Notes: generated by a model from the letters alone, not told the origin. Shown: positions 1-9,346, counted from the first letter of the stretch. The stretch: DNA of 13,387 nucleotides from Octopus sinensis (GCF_006345805.1 NW_021826160.1:1-13387); one strand, 5' to 3'. Program-made: numbers and translations.

Positions 1-54
1 AGTATATGACGTATTCCACATATCTGTAAGTGGTATATATGTGTGTTGCGTGTG

Positions 55-140
55 TAATATATATAATACATATTATATACATATATATATATATAATATA
101 TATATATAATATATATATTATATATAATATATAATATATA

Positions 141-178
<38 letters not shown>

Positions 179-211
179 TATATATATAATATATATATAT
201 ATATATTATAT
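55..211. repeat. Degenerate (TA)n / AT-only microsatellite
   Basis: Almost pure A/T alternation with occasional AA/TT slips. Confidence 0.95.
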
Positions 212-442
212 AGGTGTGGTCTCTGTGTTTGTATTTTGACTCTTTCGCCAATATGTAGAAATCAATCGATCAATCCATCAGTGTATCTCTAAATTTATCG
301 ATAAATCTATCCAAAAGGTCCCCCCCTCTCAGCCCCTCAAGCCCCCCCCCTCATTTTCTCATTTTCTCTTTCTTTATCTCTATCTCAATATCTTCGGTAC
401 AATCTCCAGTTCTGTTCTGTTCTCTCTGGCTCCTAAATTTCA

Positions 443-662
443 CTACATACCCGCATACATGCACCTATACACATTTTTGCGCTGTACATATATACATGTG
501 TAAATAAATGCGTACATATACCATATCCATATATGTATATATATATATATATATACATACACGCGGACGGACGTAAATACACGTATACATACATATATAC
601 ACATCAACTTACTTCGACACATACAGAGACATAAGCATATGTACATGCAAACACATATACAC

Positions 663-710
<48 letters not shown>

Positions 711-745
711 TACCTACATAATCACCTACACACGCATACACACAA
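443..745. repeat. Compound (TA)n/(CA)n/(TACA)n microsatellite
   Basis: Pure (TA)n at ~666-708 flanked by TACA/CACA-like degenerate repeats. Confidence 0.9.
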
Positions 746-1033
746 TTGAACAAGCAAGCGCACACGCTTTCCCTCACACTAGTCCATTCTTCATCTATCT
801 TCCCGCCATTTTCTCTTTCTCTCACCACCACCCACCCTCTCTTTTACATCTCCTTCATTCTATCAATGCCTACTTTCACTTTCATATTCATCCACCGACC
901 ACCGCATCCCTCCCCCCCAACTCCAGTCACAGTAATTTCACGGTACACCCCTCTACCCTTCCCCCTCCTCTTTCCAATCAACCCATTATTTCCAATCAGT
1001 TATCTCCACACACCCAATAATCATTTCTCCCAA

Positions 1034-1067
1034 CCTCCACCACCACCGCCTCCACCACCACCACCAC
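1034..1067. repeat. (CCA)n microsatellite
   Basis: cctccaccaccaccgcctccaccaccaccacca. Confidence 0.9.
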
Positions 1068-1164
1068 TCACGCACACATTACTTTCATTATCTGTTCCCA
1101 TCTTTAGACAGATACACTTACGTTCATACATATATGTGTGTGTTTGCATATATAAGAGCCTACT

Positions 1165-1202
1165 CAAGCACACATACTCACACACAGACACACACACACA
1201 CA
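1165..1202. repeat. (CA)n microsatellite
   Basis: cacacatactcacacacagacacacacacaca. Confidence 0.9.
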
Positions 1203-1267
1203 TTTCCATGTCAGTTCTATTGTCCCTTAAACACACCCAAGAGATTCATTTACTCTCTTTTTGCTTG

Positions 1268-1550
1268 CTGTCTTCTTCTTTTTCTTTTTCTACTTCATCT
1301 TCTTCTTCTTCTCCTTCTTCGTCTCTTCTTCTTCTCCTCCTCCTCCTTCTTCTCCTTCTTCTTCTACTTCTACTTCTTCTTCTTTTTCATCTTCTCCTAT
1401 GCTGTTTCTCTTTTTCCTCTCCATTATCATCTCCTTTTTCTCCCTCCTCCTCCTCCTCCTCCCGCTCATCCTGCTCATCCTCATCCTCATCTTTGTCACC
1501 GTTGCCGTCGTCATCCGCCTCTTTCTTTTCTTCATCATCATCATCAACAC

Positions 1551-1600
<50 letters not shown>

Positions 1601-1605
1601 TCCTT
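1268..1605. repeat. Compound trinucleotide tract (CTT)/(CCT)/(CAT)/(TAC)
   Basis: Successive CTT, CCT and CAT blocks followed by a pure TAC run at ~1551-1596. Confidence 0.95.
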
Positions 1606-1653
1606 CTGCCTCCTAACATCCACAGTATGTTGACCTTTGCTGCCAATAAAACT

Positions 1654-1810
1654 GGAGTAGCATAATCGTTAGAGCACGAGGTAAAAATACCCCCATTTTA
1701 TTAGTTGTGGATTTTTAAGATATATTTTTTGAGTTCAAATTCTGCTGTGGTCGTATTTGCCTTTTATCCAAGATCGATGCAATATAATGCGATCGATGTA
1801 ATCAACTTGC
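1654..1810 (+). mobile_element. Degenerate tRNA-derived SINE (family A), 5' part
   Basis: A-box-like tagcataatcgttag, B-box gagttcaaattc (1731-1742), then gtggtcgtatttgccttttatcc and gatcgatgtaatcaact. These align by eye with the reverse complement of the copies at 6921-7160 and 7832-8063. It resembles abundant octopus tRNA-SINEs (from recall, not a search). Confidence 0.75.
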
Positions 1811-1849
1811 GTCTTCCTCCAAATCCTAATCCCTGTCCTTGATTTGTAC

Positions 1850-2600
1850 CTGAATGCGATGGGTGGTAATTCCACTTTTGCCATGTTTACAAATCTGGTG
1901 AGGGTTGATGCAATTCTATGCATTGATGAGGGCCAATTAGCTTGCGTGTTCTGGAGATCTTGCAGAGCGGAGGTTCTCATTTTTTTTTATTAAATTGGTC
2001 ATTTGGTAGCTGGGTATTGGTTAGAGCAGCTATCGTACTGACGATGACCATCACACTAGAGGCATATATCCGTAACTATCTTTTAATCTCCTTATGTCCA
2101 AATCTTTGGTGTGGTTATACTAGCGAGGGGCACTGTTATTTCGAGATATACTCAACTGGCCAGAATCGCCACTATTCAGGAATGTCCAAATAAGCACAGC
2201 AATAAACCCGTGCAACCTCTAATTGTGCCGTGTCCAAGTATTGCTTAGAGTTGTTCTATTTACCCTAGTCATGTGTCCCCAGTCACCTAGTTGTCCAGTG
2301 TCCGAGCATTGCTGACTTGTAGAGTTATGTGGAACCGTTTGTTTTTGCATGCAGGACGAATCTTGCCTGTTCTCATTCTTTCCACTGCAGGGATCTCCCC
2401 ACTGCTCGCCTTTAATAAGGGAAGTGGGTGGTGTTTCTCCGTGGGGTGGCTCTGGCGAATGAAATTATACGATGGACGAGGAAGAAATATTTGAGGTGAG
2501 ACAACTTCCACTTCGGTTAAGCCCTCGTCGAGTTTTTCAAGTTCCACTCAGAAACTAAAAAAGGGATGCGGGAGGAAGTGCTTTCCTCCGGCCAGTTTAT
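1850..2600 (-). mobile_element. Decayed RTE-clade LINE, 5' UTR and AP-endonuclease N-terminal fragment
   Basis: Minus-strand translation across frameshifts and stops gives RTE APE-like motifs in the expected order: RPACKNKRFHITLQVSNARTLDN (cf. RPARKxK..LTIxxWNVRTLLDN), IAVL..GDSGQL (2153-2203; cf. IAALSETRL..EGQL), LASITTPK (cf. KLASxPKG), VIVSTIAALTN (2016-2048; cf. TIVSAYAPTLTN), (Y)ENLRS (~1964-1979; cf. FYEDL), and KHG (1880-1888). Boundaries are approximate. Confidence 0.75.
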
Positions 2601-2859
2601 TGGGGGGTGGGGGTGGATGACTCCGGGATAAAAATGAGGGTGAATGGAACTACTCTAGGTCTGCAGCTTTAGATATCACAAAAGAGACAAATTTATTGAC
2701 AACATATTTTTATAGGAAGAAAAGAAAAGAAAATATAAAAAGAATAAAAGACCAAATTATCGACGGGAAAAAAGAACTTAACAACCGCACCAAGGAAACA
2801 GAACGGGAAGAATTGTTGGGGGTGGTTAAGCATCCGAAAGTGGAGGAGGGGGAGGGTGG

Positions 2860-2867
2860 TGATGATG

Positions 2868-2913
<46 letters not shown>

Positions 2914-2932
2914 AAGGCTGATGCTGCTGCTG

Positions 2933-3006
<74 letters not shown>

Positions 3007-3030
3007 CGTTGTTGTTGTCGTTACAGCTAC
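2860..3030. repeat. Compound trinucleotide microsatellite (GAT)n-(GCT)n-(ATT)n-(GTT)n
   Basis: Pure GAT run at ~2869-2912 and pure ATT run at ~2933-3005. Confidence 0.97.
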
Positions 3031-3145
3031 TGCAGTTACTCGCCATCGTCACCATCGCCTCTTTCATATTTATTCTCTCTTCTGTTATTTCTTTCGCCTT
3101 TCCTTAATTCTCAATCCAATTTGTTTCATAAAATGTTCCCTTTTA

Positions 3146-3350
3146 GCATCATCATCATCATCACCATCATCACTACAGTAATCGACGTTGTCACAAGCAC
3201 CATCTCCACCACCACCACCACCATCATACTCATCATCATCATCATCATCATCATCATTATCCTCACCTCCATCTTGCTCCACTCTACTCCCGCCCCTCAT
3301 TCTACTGCCCGCTCCTCCCATTGTCCCTTCTTCCCCCTCCCCCCTTATGA
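3146..3350. repeat. (CAT)n/(CAC)n microsatellite with C-rich tail
   Basis: catcatcatcatcaccatcat...caccaccaccacc...catcatcatc. Confidence 0.9.
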
Positions 3351-3480
3351 ACCAATTCCAATGAAAGGATTCACGTTTTGGGCCCTGGCAAATGCAATTA
3401 AAACCAAATACAATTGACCATAGGTAGATATATTGTAGAGAAGAATGCACAGTTCCTTTCCTAATTCCAGTATTTACCAC

Positions 3481-3540
3481 TTTTCTTCTTCTCCTTTATC
3501 TCCTTCTTCTCCTTCACCTTCTTCTTCTCCTTCTCCTTCA
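3481..3540. repeat. (CTT/CCT)n pyrimidine tract
   Basis: ttttcttcttctcctttatctccttcttctccttcaccttcttcttctcc. Confidence 0.9.
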
Positions 3541-3954
3541 AATCTTACCTGGCTCTTACCTTTTCTTCCACTACACCCCAGATCCTTACTCTCCGCACTC
3601 TCAACGTCTCAACATCCCATCCGCACCCTCAACCTCTGTTTTTCTATAGATTTAGGAAGAAATTCTACAAGAAAATACAAACCAACTTGGAACGGTTTTT
3701 ATCAAATTAAGAAATTTCACAATCGTAACTGCTTTAATATCATTGGCAAGAATTCAAATAAGTTTGATAAGTTGCCGTGAAATTATATAAAATTCTGCTT
3801 GCAAACAATGGAGAAATAAGATTCTGTACCTTTTTTTCTTGAACGTTTTTGCCTTGTGGATTAATCGGAAATTCCTCGTCAGCCAATTTTACACTTATCC
3901 GACAAAAAATTGAGTTTCTCCTTAAACTTTACGACTTACTCTGGCTGTTTCAAG

Positions 3955-3990
3955 AAGGAGAGAGAAAGGGAGAGAGAGAGAGAGAAAGAG
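3955..3990. repeat. (GA)n microsatellite; reads as a polypyrimidine tract on the minus strand
   Basis: gaaggagagagaaagggagagagagagagagaaagag. On the minus strand it precedes a CAG at 3945-3947. Confidence 0.85.
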
Positions 3991-4430
3991 TAGGTTGATA
4001 ACATAATGCTTTGTGTGTTCAATCCATGGTTCGTCTAACGTAGAAGGAATTGATTTGGAAAAATTAAGTGAACGACAGATATAAATAAAATTGGGAGAAT
4101 TCCTCAGAAAAGTGTGAACGAAGTTTAGGCTGGGTGGGGGCGAAGATTGGGAGGAGTGAGAAGAGTGAGAGTCAAGAGTAAGAGTGAAGTGGGAACAAAA
4201 TTTGGAGAAATTTCTCTGATATTCCGGGTTATTTCTCTTCTCACTTCTCTTTGTAATGGTGAGCTGCGTCCGAAAATACGAATCTTTGAGAATTTTCAAA
4301 GAAACACTAAAATCTCCTTCCCAAACATTCACCCACCACCTCACCACTTTCAGAAAGCTACAAATTCCCAATTTTTCGCTTTTAGCTTTTTGGAAAGCGG
4401 GGAAGTTTCTTCAGAAATAATGTCATTTAC

Positions 4431-4446
4431 CTGTTGTTTCTAGCAT
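4431..4446 (-). CDS. Candidate first coding exon (MLETT + phase-1 G) of an unidentified gene
   Basis: Minus strand reads cccGACATG CTA GAA ACA ACA G|gtaaat, with a purine at -3 and a CAG|GTAAAT donor next to a promoter-like segment. No downstream coding exon could be confirmed. Confidence 0.25.
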
Positions 4447-4499
4447 GTCGGGTTTTCTGGTGGTGGTCTGGTAGTTTTTACGCCTGCTATTTCAGTATA

Positions 4500-4540
4500 A
4501 TTCTACGCATGCCTGAAACATCAGACGGAAGTGAAACAAT
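4500..4540. promoter_or_regulatory. Putative housekeeping-type promoter core: ETS motif and NRF1-like half site
   Basis: CGGAAGTG at 4526-4533 (ETS/GABP consensus) and ACGCATGC at 4505-4512, in a ~1 kb microsatellite-free stretch with several CpGs. Confidence 0.4.
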
Positions 4541-5729
4541 GAGAGATTTTAGATTCTGAAAGCGGGTTAAGTGAGGTGGGTAAGGGACATTGAGTGTTTG
4601 TTTAAGAAAAATTAAACTTTAAAAAATATATATATATTTCCCAGATTCCTAATCTCTGTATTTTTCTACGTTGAAAAAAAAATTCGTAAAAAAGTTACAA
4701 ATTAAGAAATTGTGGTGGGGCCGGGGGTGGGGAATTAAAATTTTAAAAACGTGATTTCTGGGCAAAATCGTATTAATCCCTTTTTATATGATGAGACAAA
4801 ACATAGTTTGTGATCCTTCTTAAAAACAGAAAGCACTTTCAAGCAAACCCATGCATATTGTACCCCTCCCCCCACCTTCACTTTTAAACAAACAACAACA
4901 TCCATTAAGCCAGTAATCCAACTCGCTGTATCTCAGCTATGCTGATTCTGCCCAAAAGGAAGGAACAAATAATACAATATGGCTGTAGGGCAACGCTAAG
5001 ATGCATTGCGATTATATATATAAATATATATATATGAATGTATTTGTGTATTAAAGCTACCATTGGCTTCATATCAAGAAAAAATAGCTCAATATCTTAA
5101 TTTTTCGACCTTATGATATGGAGTGATGGTGTTTGTCTCCATTTTGAAACAATATTAAGATGGTGCCATAGTTTTTTCTTAACAACAATAATATAAGTGG
5201 CCAGCAAGCATTAAAGCCCAAAGAGCAAATTTATAAATTCATAATTAATTATTAATTATAAATATATAAATATATACATATGGTTTTTATTCTACGATCC
5301 TCTCCTACAGTATAAAAGTGGAACCAAGAATCCTAACCATTTACAGTTAGCTGATACACACGGAGGCGGAAGCCAGATTCGATACCGCTTCAGCTAGTGC
5401 CAAATTGACGCCGTAGTATCGCAACGACTAACCGAAAGAGAAGAGGTGACAAAAATAAGTAGCCGACCGTGACGAAACACAATTCCTGCTGTGATGTAAC
5501 ATTATTGAGAATGGCGACTCTAATAAAATTGGTGTACAGTTAAGATGTAATAACAATAGTGTCTACACTAAGAAGTATTGTATTCTAAAACAGGATGCAC
5601 TCTAAATCTTAATATAATATTATAATTTGTTTCCTGAGAACAGAAACAATTTTATTAAATGTGAAATATCGAAAATATTGCCATCACACGCACTTATTTC
5701 AACAGTCTTATACAAATATACGTTTCTTT

Positions 5730-6215
5730 GTATGTGTGCGCGTATGAGTGTATGCGTGTGTGTATGTGTGCGCATCGGTACGTGTGTGTGTGTGTGAGGG
5801 TGCGTGCATGCGTGTGTATGCATACGCTCGTTCGCGTGAATGTATGTCCATACAAATATATGTACATTTTTATATATAAATGTTTATATGTGTGTGTGTG
5901 CGCGCACATATATGTGTGTATATGTGTGTGTGTGTATACATATATGTGTGCGCGCGTGTGTGTGTAGGTCTGCATATATACGTATATATACATGCATTTG
6001 TATATGTATATATATATATATATGTGTGTATGTGTATAATATATAAATGTGCATATATATTTGTATATATATATATATATATATGTACATGGTTTATAAT
6101 ACTAACATACAGGTATTTACATAGACACACGCACAAACACTCACACACGTAAACATACACGCACACATACTCACACATGAGTATATACAGAGACAGAGAG
6201 AGAAAGAGAGGAAAA
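5730..6215. repeat. Compound (TG)n/(TA)n/(CA)n/(GA)n microsatellite field
   Basis: Alternating purine-pyrimidine dinucleotide blocks throughout. Confidence 0.95.
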
Positions 6216-6439
6216 GGGGGGGAGGATATAGATTATGTTTGAAATTAACCCTGTCCAGTGTAAAATGTTTGTTTTAATTGAAAGAGGTTTTTTACGATCC
6301 GCTTCAGCCATAAAATCCACCGTTATTTCAATAAAGCCATGTTTAATGTGTATGGAAGTTGAATGGAGGTGCGTCGGAGAAGAGTAACGGCGTTCGAACG
6401 CACACACACAGAAGCACACCCATGAATAGACAGACTCAA

Positions 6440-6447
6440 TTATACAT

Positions 6448-6483
<36 letters not shown>

Positions 6484-6545
6484 CGCACTGGCACACACAC
6501 TGGAACCGATTCACACTTGTATATGTTTGTATGTATGCTTGTATG
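6440..6545. repeat. (CA)n-(TA)n microsatellite
   Basis: cacacacacatatatatatatatatatatatatatatac. Confidence 0.9.
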
Positions 6546-6600
6546 CAGTTAAAATGAAATAATAGAGATATTGTGACTAAGACAATGAGGCTAGGAGGCC

Positions 6601-6625
6601 ATAGATAGATAGATAGATAGATGAG

Positions 6626-6663
<38 letters not shown>

Positions 6664-6840
6664 GTAGTAGATAGATAGATAGATAGATAGATAGTAATAG
6701 ATAGAGATAGATAGATAGATAGATAGATAAATAGTAGATATATAGATAATAGATAGCTATATAGATAGACGATAGATAGAGGATAGATAGAAGATGATAT
6801 ATATATATATATATAGAAAGAGAGAGAGAGAGAAGAGGGA
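6601..6840. repeat. (GATA)n tetranucleotide array grading into (TA)n and (GA)n
   Basis: atagatagatagatag... with variant units, then atatatat and gagagaga. Confidence 0.97.
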
Positions 6841-6920
6841 GAAATGTTTGATCAATAGGTACATTGATGTGTGCGTGCGTGTGTGTGTATGTGTATCGTG
6901 TGTTTGTGTGTGAATGTAAG

Positions 6921-7160
6921 TTTAGCTATATCTAAATTGGCCTCAAATGTTGGCACAATCTCAGCCATTTCGGGAGAGGGGTGGGGTGGGGAGCAGTCGG
7001 TTTCACATGACCTCAGTATTTCACTGGTAATCATTTTGTCGACCCAGAGAGGATGGAGAACAAAGTCAACCTCGCCGGAATTTGAACTCAGAATGCAAAG
7101 ACGGACGAAATGCTGCTAAACCATTTTACTCCGGGAAGTAGCGAAATTTCTTCCAATGCA
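6921..7160 (-). mobile_element. tRNA-derived SINE (family A), near full length
   Basis: Minus-strand B-box gagttcaaattcc (reverse complement of 7077-7089). It is colinear with 7832-8063 (caaagtcaacctcgccggaattt vs caaagtcgacctcggcgaaatt; gaaatgctgctaa vs gaaatgctgttaa). Confidence 0.85.
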
Positions 7161-7242
7161 CCCTTCTGCACCTTGGTTAAATGGCGGACAATCGCAGGTG
7201 TGTTACACAAAGCAATAAATCACAGCCTCTACCTCACAAGAA

Positions 7243-7559
7243 GATGCATGGCTCAGTGTTTAGAGCGTCAGGTTTACAATCCAAAGGTAGTGAGTTCGAT
7301 TCCCGAACCGGGCTGTGTGTTGCATTCTTGAGCAAAACACTTTATTTCGTATTGCTCCAGTCCATTCAACTGTAGAAATGAGTTGTGACATCACTGGTGC
7401 CAAGTTGTATCGGCCTTTGCTTCCCTTTTGGCATGGAGAGGGGACACTGGTATACATGGGTGACGGTTGGGCTTCCATAAACAACTCTGCCCAGACTTCT
7501 GCCTTGGAAGGGGAACTTTCTTGGTGCAATCCAATGGTCATTCAGGACCGAAGGGGGTC
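7243..7559 (+). mobile_element. tRNA-derived SINE (family B), apparently full length (~315 bp)
   Basis: A-box tggctcagtgtttagagcg and B-box gagttcgattcc (7292-7303), followed by a non-tRNA body (ttgagcaaaacacttt...cactggtgccaag...gaccgaagggggtc). It matches my recollection of a common octopus SINE. Confidence 0.85.
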
Positions 7560-7609
7560 GGTTCTTTATCATTTTTTATCCAAGTACTATATGCTCACAC
7601 AACACCAGC

Positions 7610-7690
7610 CCCTACCCGGTTTCCGTTTACGAAATTCCCAGACAGGGCTTTGATCAATCAGGTGACATTTGGGCAAAGTATCCCCATTCC
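7610..7690 (-). mobile_element. SINE fragment (family C body)
   Basis: Minus strand gatcaaagccctgtctgggaatttcgtaaacggaaacc resembles the recalled body (caaagccttgtgagtggatttggtagacggaaac) of the octopus SINE whose head is at 13056. Recall only. Confidence 0.5.
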
Positions 7691-7831
7691 AGGGGGGGAT
7701 CAATTCCAGGTGTACATAAAGTAAGAAGTGTACAACTTCCCCACACAACAACTGTGATTAGCAAGTGTTGTCTCCTCGCACCTGATGCCACCCTCATCCC
7801 CCTCGTCATGCGTACCCTGTAAAGTATGAAA

Positions 7832-8063
7832 TTTAGTTAAATATTGATTTCGAATTTCGACGCAATGCCTACAAATTGGGCGGGGTGGGGGCGTAATAAG
7901 ATTACATTGACCCCTAATGTTCAAAAAGGTACTTATTTTAATAACTCCGAAACATAAGGGGCAAAGTCGACCTCGGCGAAATTCGAGATGCGAACGTAGG
8001 AACCTGGGAAATGCTGTTAAGCGTCCTGCTTTGGGTGTTAACGACTCTGCCACTTCACCATCT
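7832..8063 (-). mobile_element. tRNA-derived SINE (family A), diverged copy
   Basis: Colinear similarity to 6921-7160 over its length; contains aagtcgacctcggcgaaattcga. The tail may extend left of 7832. Confidence 0.85.
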
Positions 8064-8214
8064 GAAATATATTGGCTAATATACTAATTGAGTGCGAGAA
8101 AGGAAGCTGTTAATTAGCTGAAATGGCAGTTGTAATTAGAAGAAAATCTTTAATGTTTATCCTGTGGCTAATTTACATATTTGAAATAATGGAACACGAA
8201 TGATACGCCTAGGC

Positions 8215-8365
8215 ACACTCACACATACACACACATACACACATACACACACATATGCTCGGTACGTATACATGTTCATATACACAGCGGTATGTGAGTA
8301 GATCGCTCACTCATATACACACCGGTACACACTCTCACGTAAACTCACACACACTTACGTAGACA
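8215..8365. repeat. Degenerate (CA)n microsatellite
   Basis: cacactcacacatacacacacatacacacatacacacaca... Confidence 0.85.
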
Positions 8366-9134
8366 CTCATCCGTACACAAGAGTTCAAACACAGGAGGAA
8401 CAATACCCAAACACAAAGATAACTTATTTACAATATGTAAATATTATAATACTAAATCAAGGGAGGGAATTTCCTAGTTTGAATTGATGAAAAGCAAAAT
8501 TGAACTGGGACAAAGACTGAAGAGTGAGCCGAAAGTGTCCTAAGCGGGGAAATAACTCTGGGCATGGTTCAGCTTATTTAGACTTCTTCATTGGAGAGTA
8601 GGTTTAACTATGATTACCAGATTTAAGAATGAATTGAGAAGACATTTCTTGTGTAAATGCTACTCATTAATTAGGAATTAATTAAAATTGCGACTCGAAA
8701 TAATTATGTAATAGGTGCACCACTGGATTAACCATTTAGCAAAATAAGCACGTTATTAGCACATCAAAGGATTGGTGGGGACACACCACAGATATAGTAA
8801 ATGGTTTACGGCACAAAAGAAATGAATTTAAAATTGTTAAATAATATTCAGAGTAGTGTATATGATGAGAAATATAATTTTGGTGTGTTCATGTTGTCAT
8901 AGAGAGGATCTGATTAAAGAAATTGCAATTCAAGAAAGGAGAAAACTTTTCCAATATAAATAAAGTGAAGTTTACAAAAATAAACATTATTTTCAATTTT
9001 ATTGTTAGTTTTGTTGCATTTTGTAAAATATAAATTTATTTTATGGCTTAGAGTCTCGATGGGTCTTAAACAAGCCATGAATATGTGATATATTTATGTA
9101 ATATGCAATATATTATCGTGGGTGTTGTTGACCT

Positions 9135-9346
9135 AAAGACAGTCACTATGTGGTAATCCTATCTGCTAGAAGTGGCAGCTACACCTCACTCACATCACAG
9201 TTTATCGTCTTTTGCGATATATTGCATAACACAGTGTCAGATAAAAGTATATTTAGAAGACTGGCACTGCTTTGTCATAGCCAGAAATTTACTTTAATCA
9301 TAGATCAGCTCGGCAAGAGCTGACCTGGGGTTAAACAACAACAACA
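9135..9346 (+). mobile_element. SINE-like interspersed repeat (family D), copy 1, with (ACA)n tail
   Basis: Shares ctgctagaagtggcagc / ctgctggaaataccagc and tcatag..c.gct.g...agctg.cct..gg.t.aa.aac with the copy at 9815-10014. Ends in aacaacaacaac. Confidence 0.7.

Noticed and set aside
293-306. 14-bp palindrome ATTTATCGATAAAT containing the DRE motif TATCGATA
   Set aside because: It lies in a decayed (ATCN)n tetranucleotide stretch that generates such motifs easily, and there is no promoter context.
443-1665. Long ORFs such as 746..1633 (295 aa), 1134..1616 and 1261..1665
   Set aside because: They are homopolymeric S/L/P/T/F/Y runs from CTT/CCT/TAC/CA repeats, which lack stop codons in several frames. 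No domain or splice evidence.
2693-3480. ORFs with poly-M/I/N/H/D runs, including the KE-rich start RKKRKENIKRIKDQIIDGKKEL
   Set aside because: The runs are GAT/ATT/CAT microsatellites. The KE-rich part follows from A-rich composition and has no recognisable homology or good donor site.
3650-3900. Protein-like peptides in unique sequence (EEILQENTNQLGTVFIKLRNF on plus; LADEEFPINPQGKNVQEKK on minus)
   Set aside because: No family recognised, splice sites are weak or phase-incompatible, and stops flank them. They cannot be supported as CDS without transcript data.
3922-4371. 149-aa minus-strand ORF
   Set aside because: Starts at a non-ATG codon, has no recognisable motif, includes CT-repeat translation, and lies in the putative first intron.
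5620-6562. Many HT/YI/CV-repeat ORFs
   Set aside because: Translations of (CA)n/(TA)n/(TG)n dinucleotide repeats.
7243-7315. tRNA gene (also considered at 1654, 7090-7160 and 13056)
   Set aside because: A/B boxes are present but the acceptor stem does not close and the sequence continues into SINE bodies. These are SINE heads.
8600-8670. TRFKNELRRHF resembling a CR1/L2 ORF2 C-terminus (FKxxLDxxL)
   Set aside because: The match is too short, and upstream frames show no further RT motifs.
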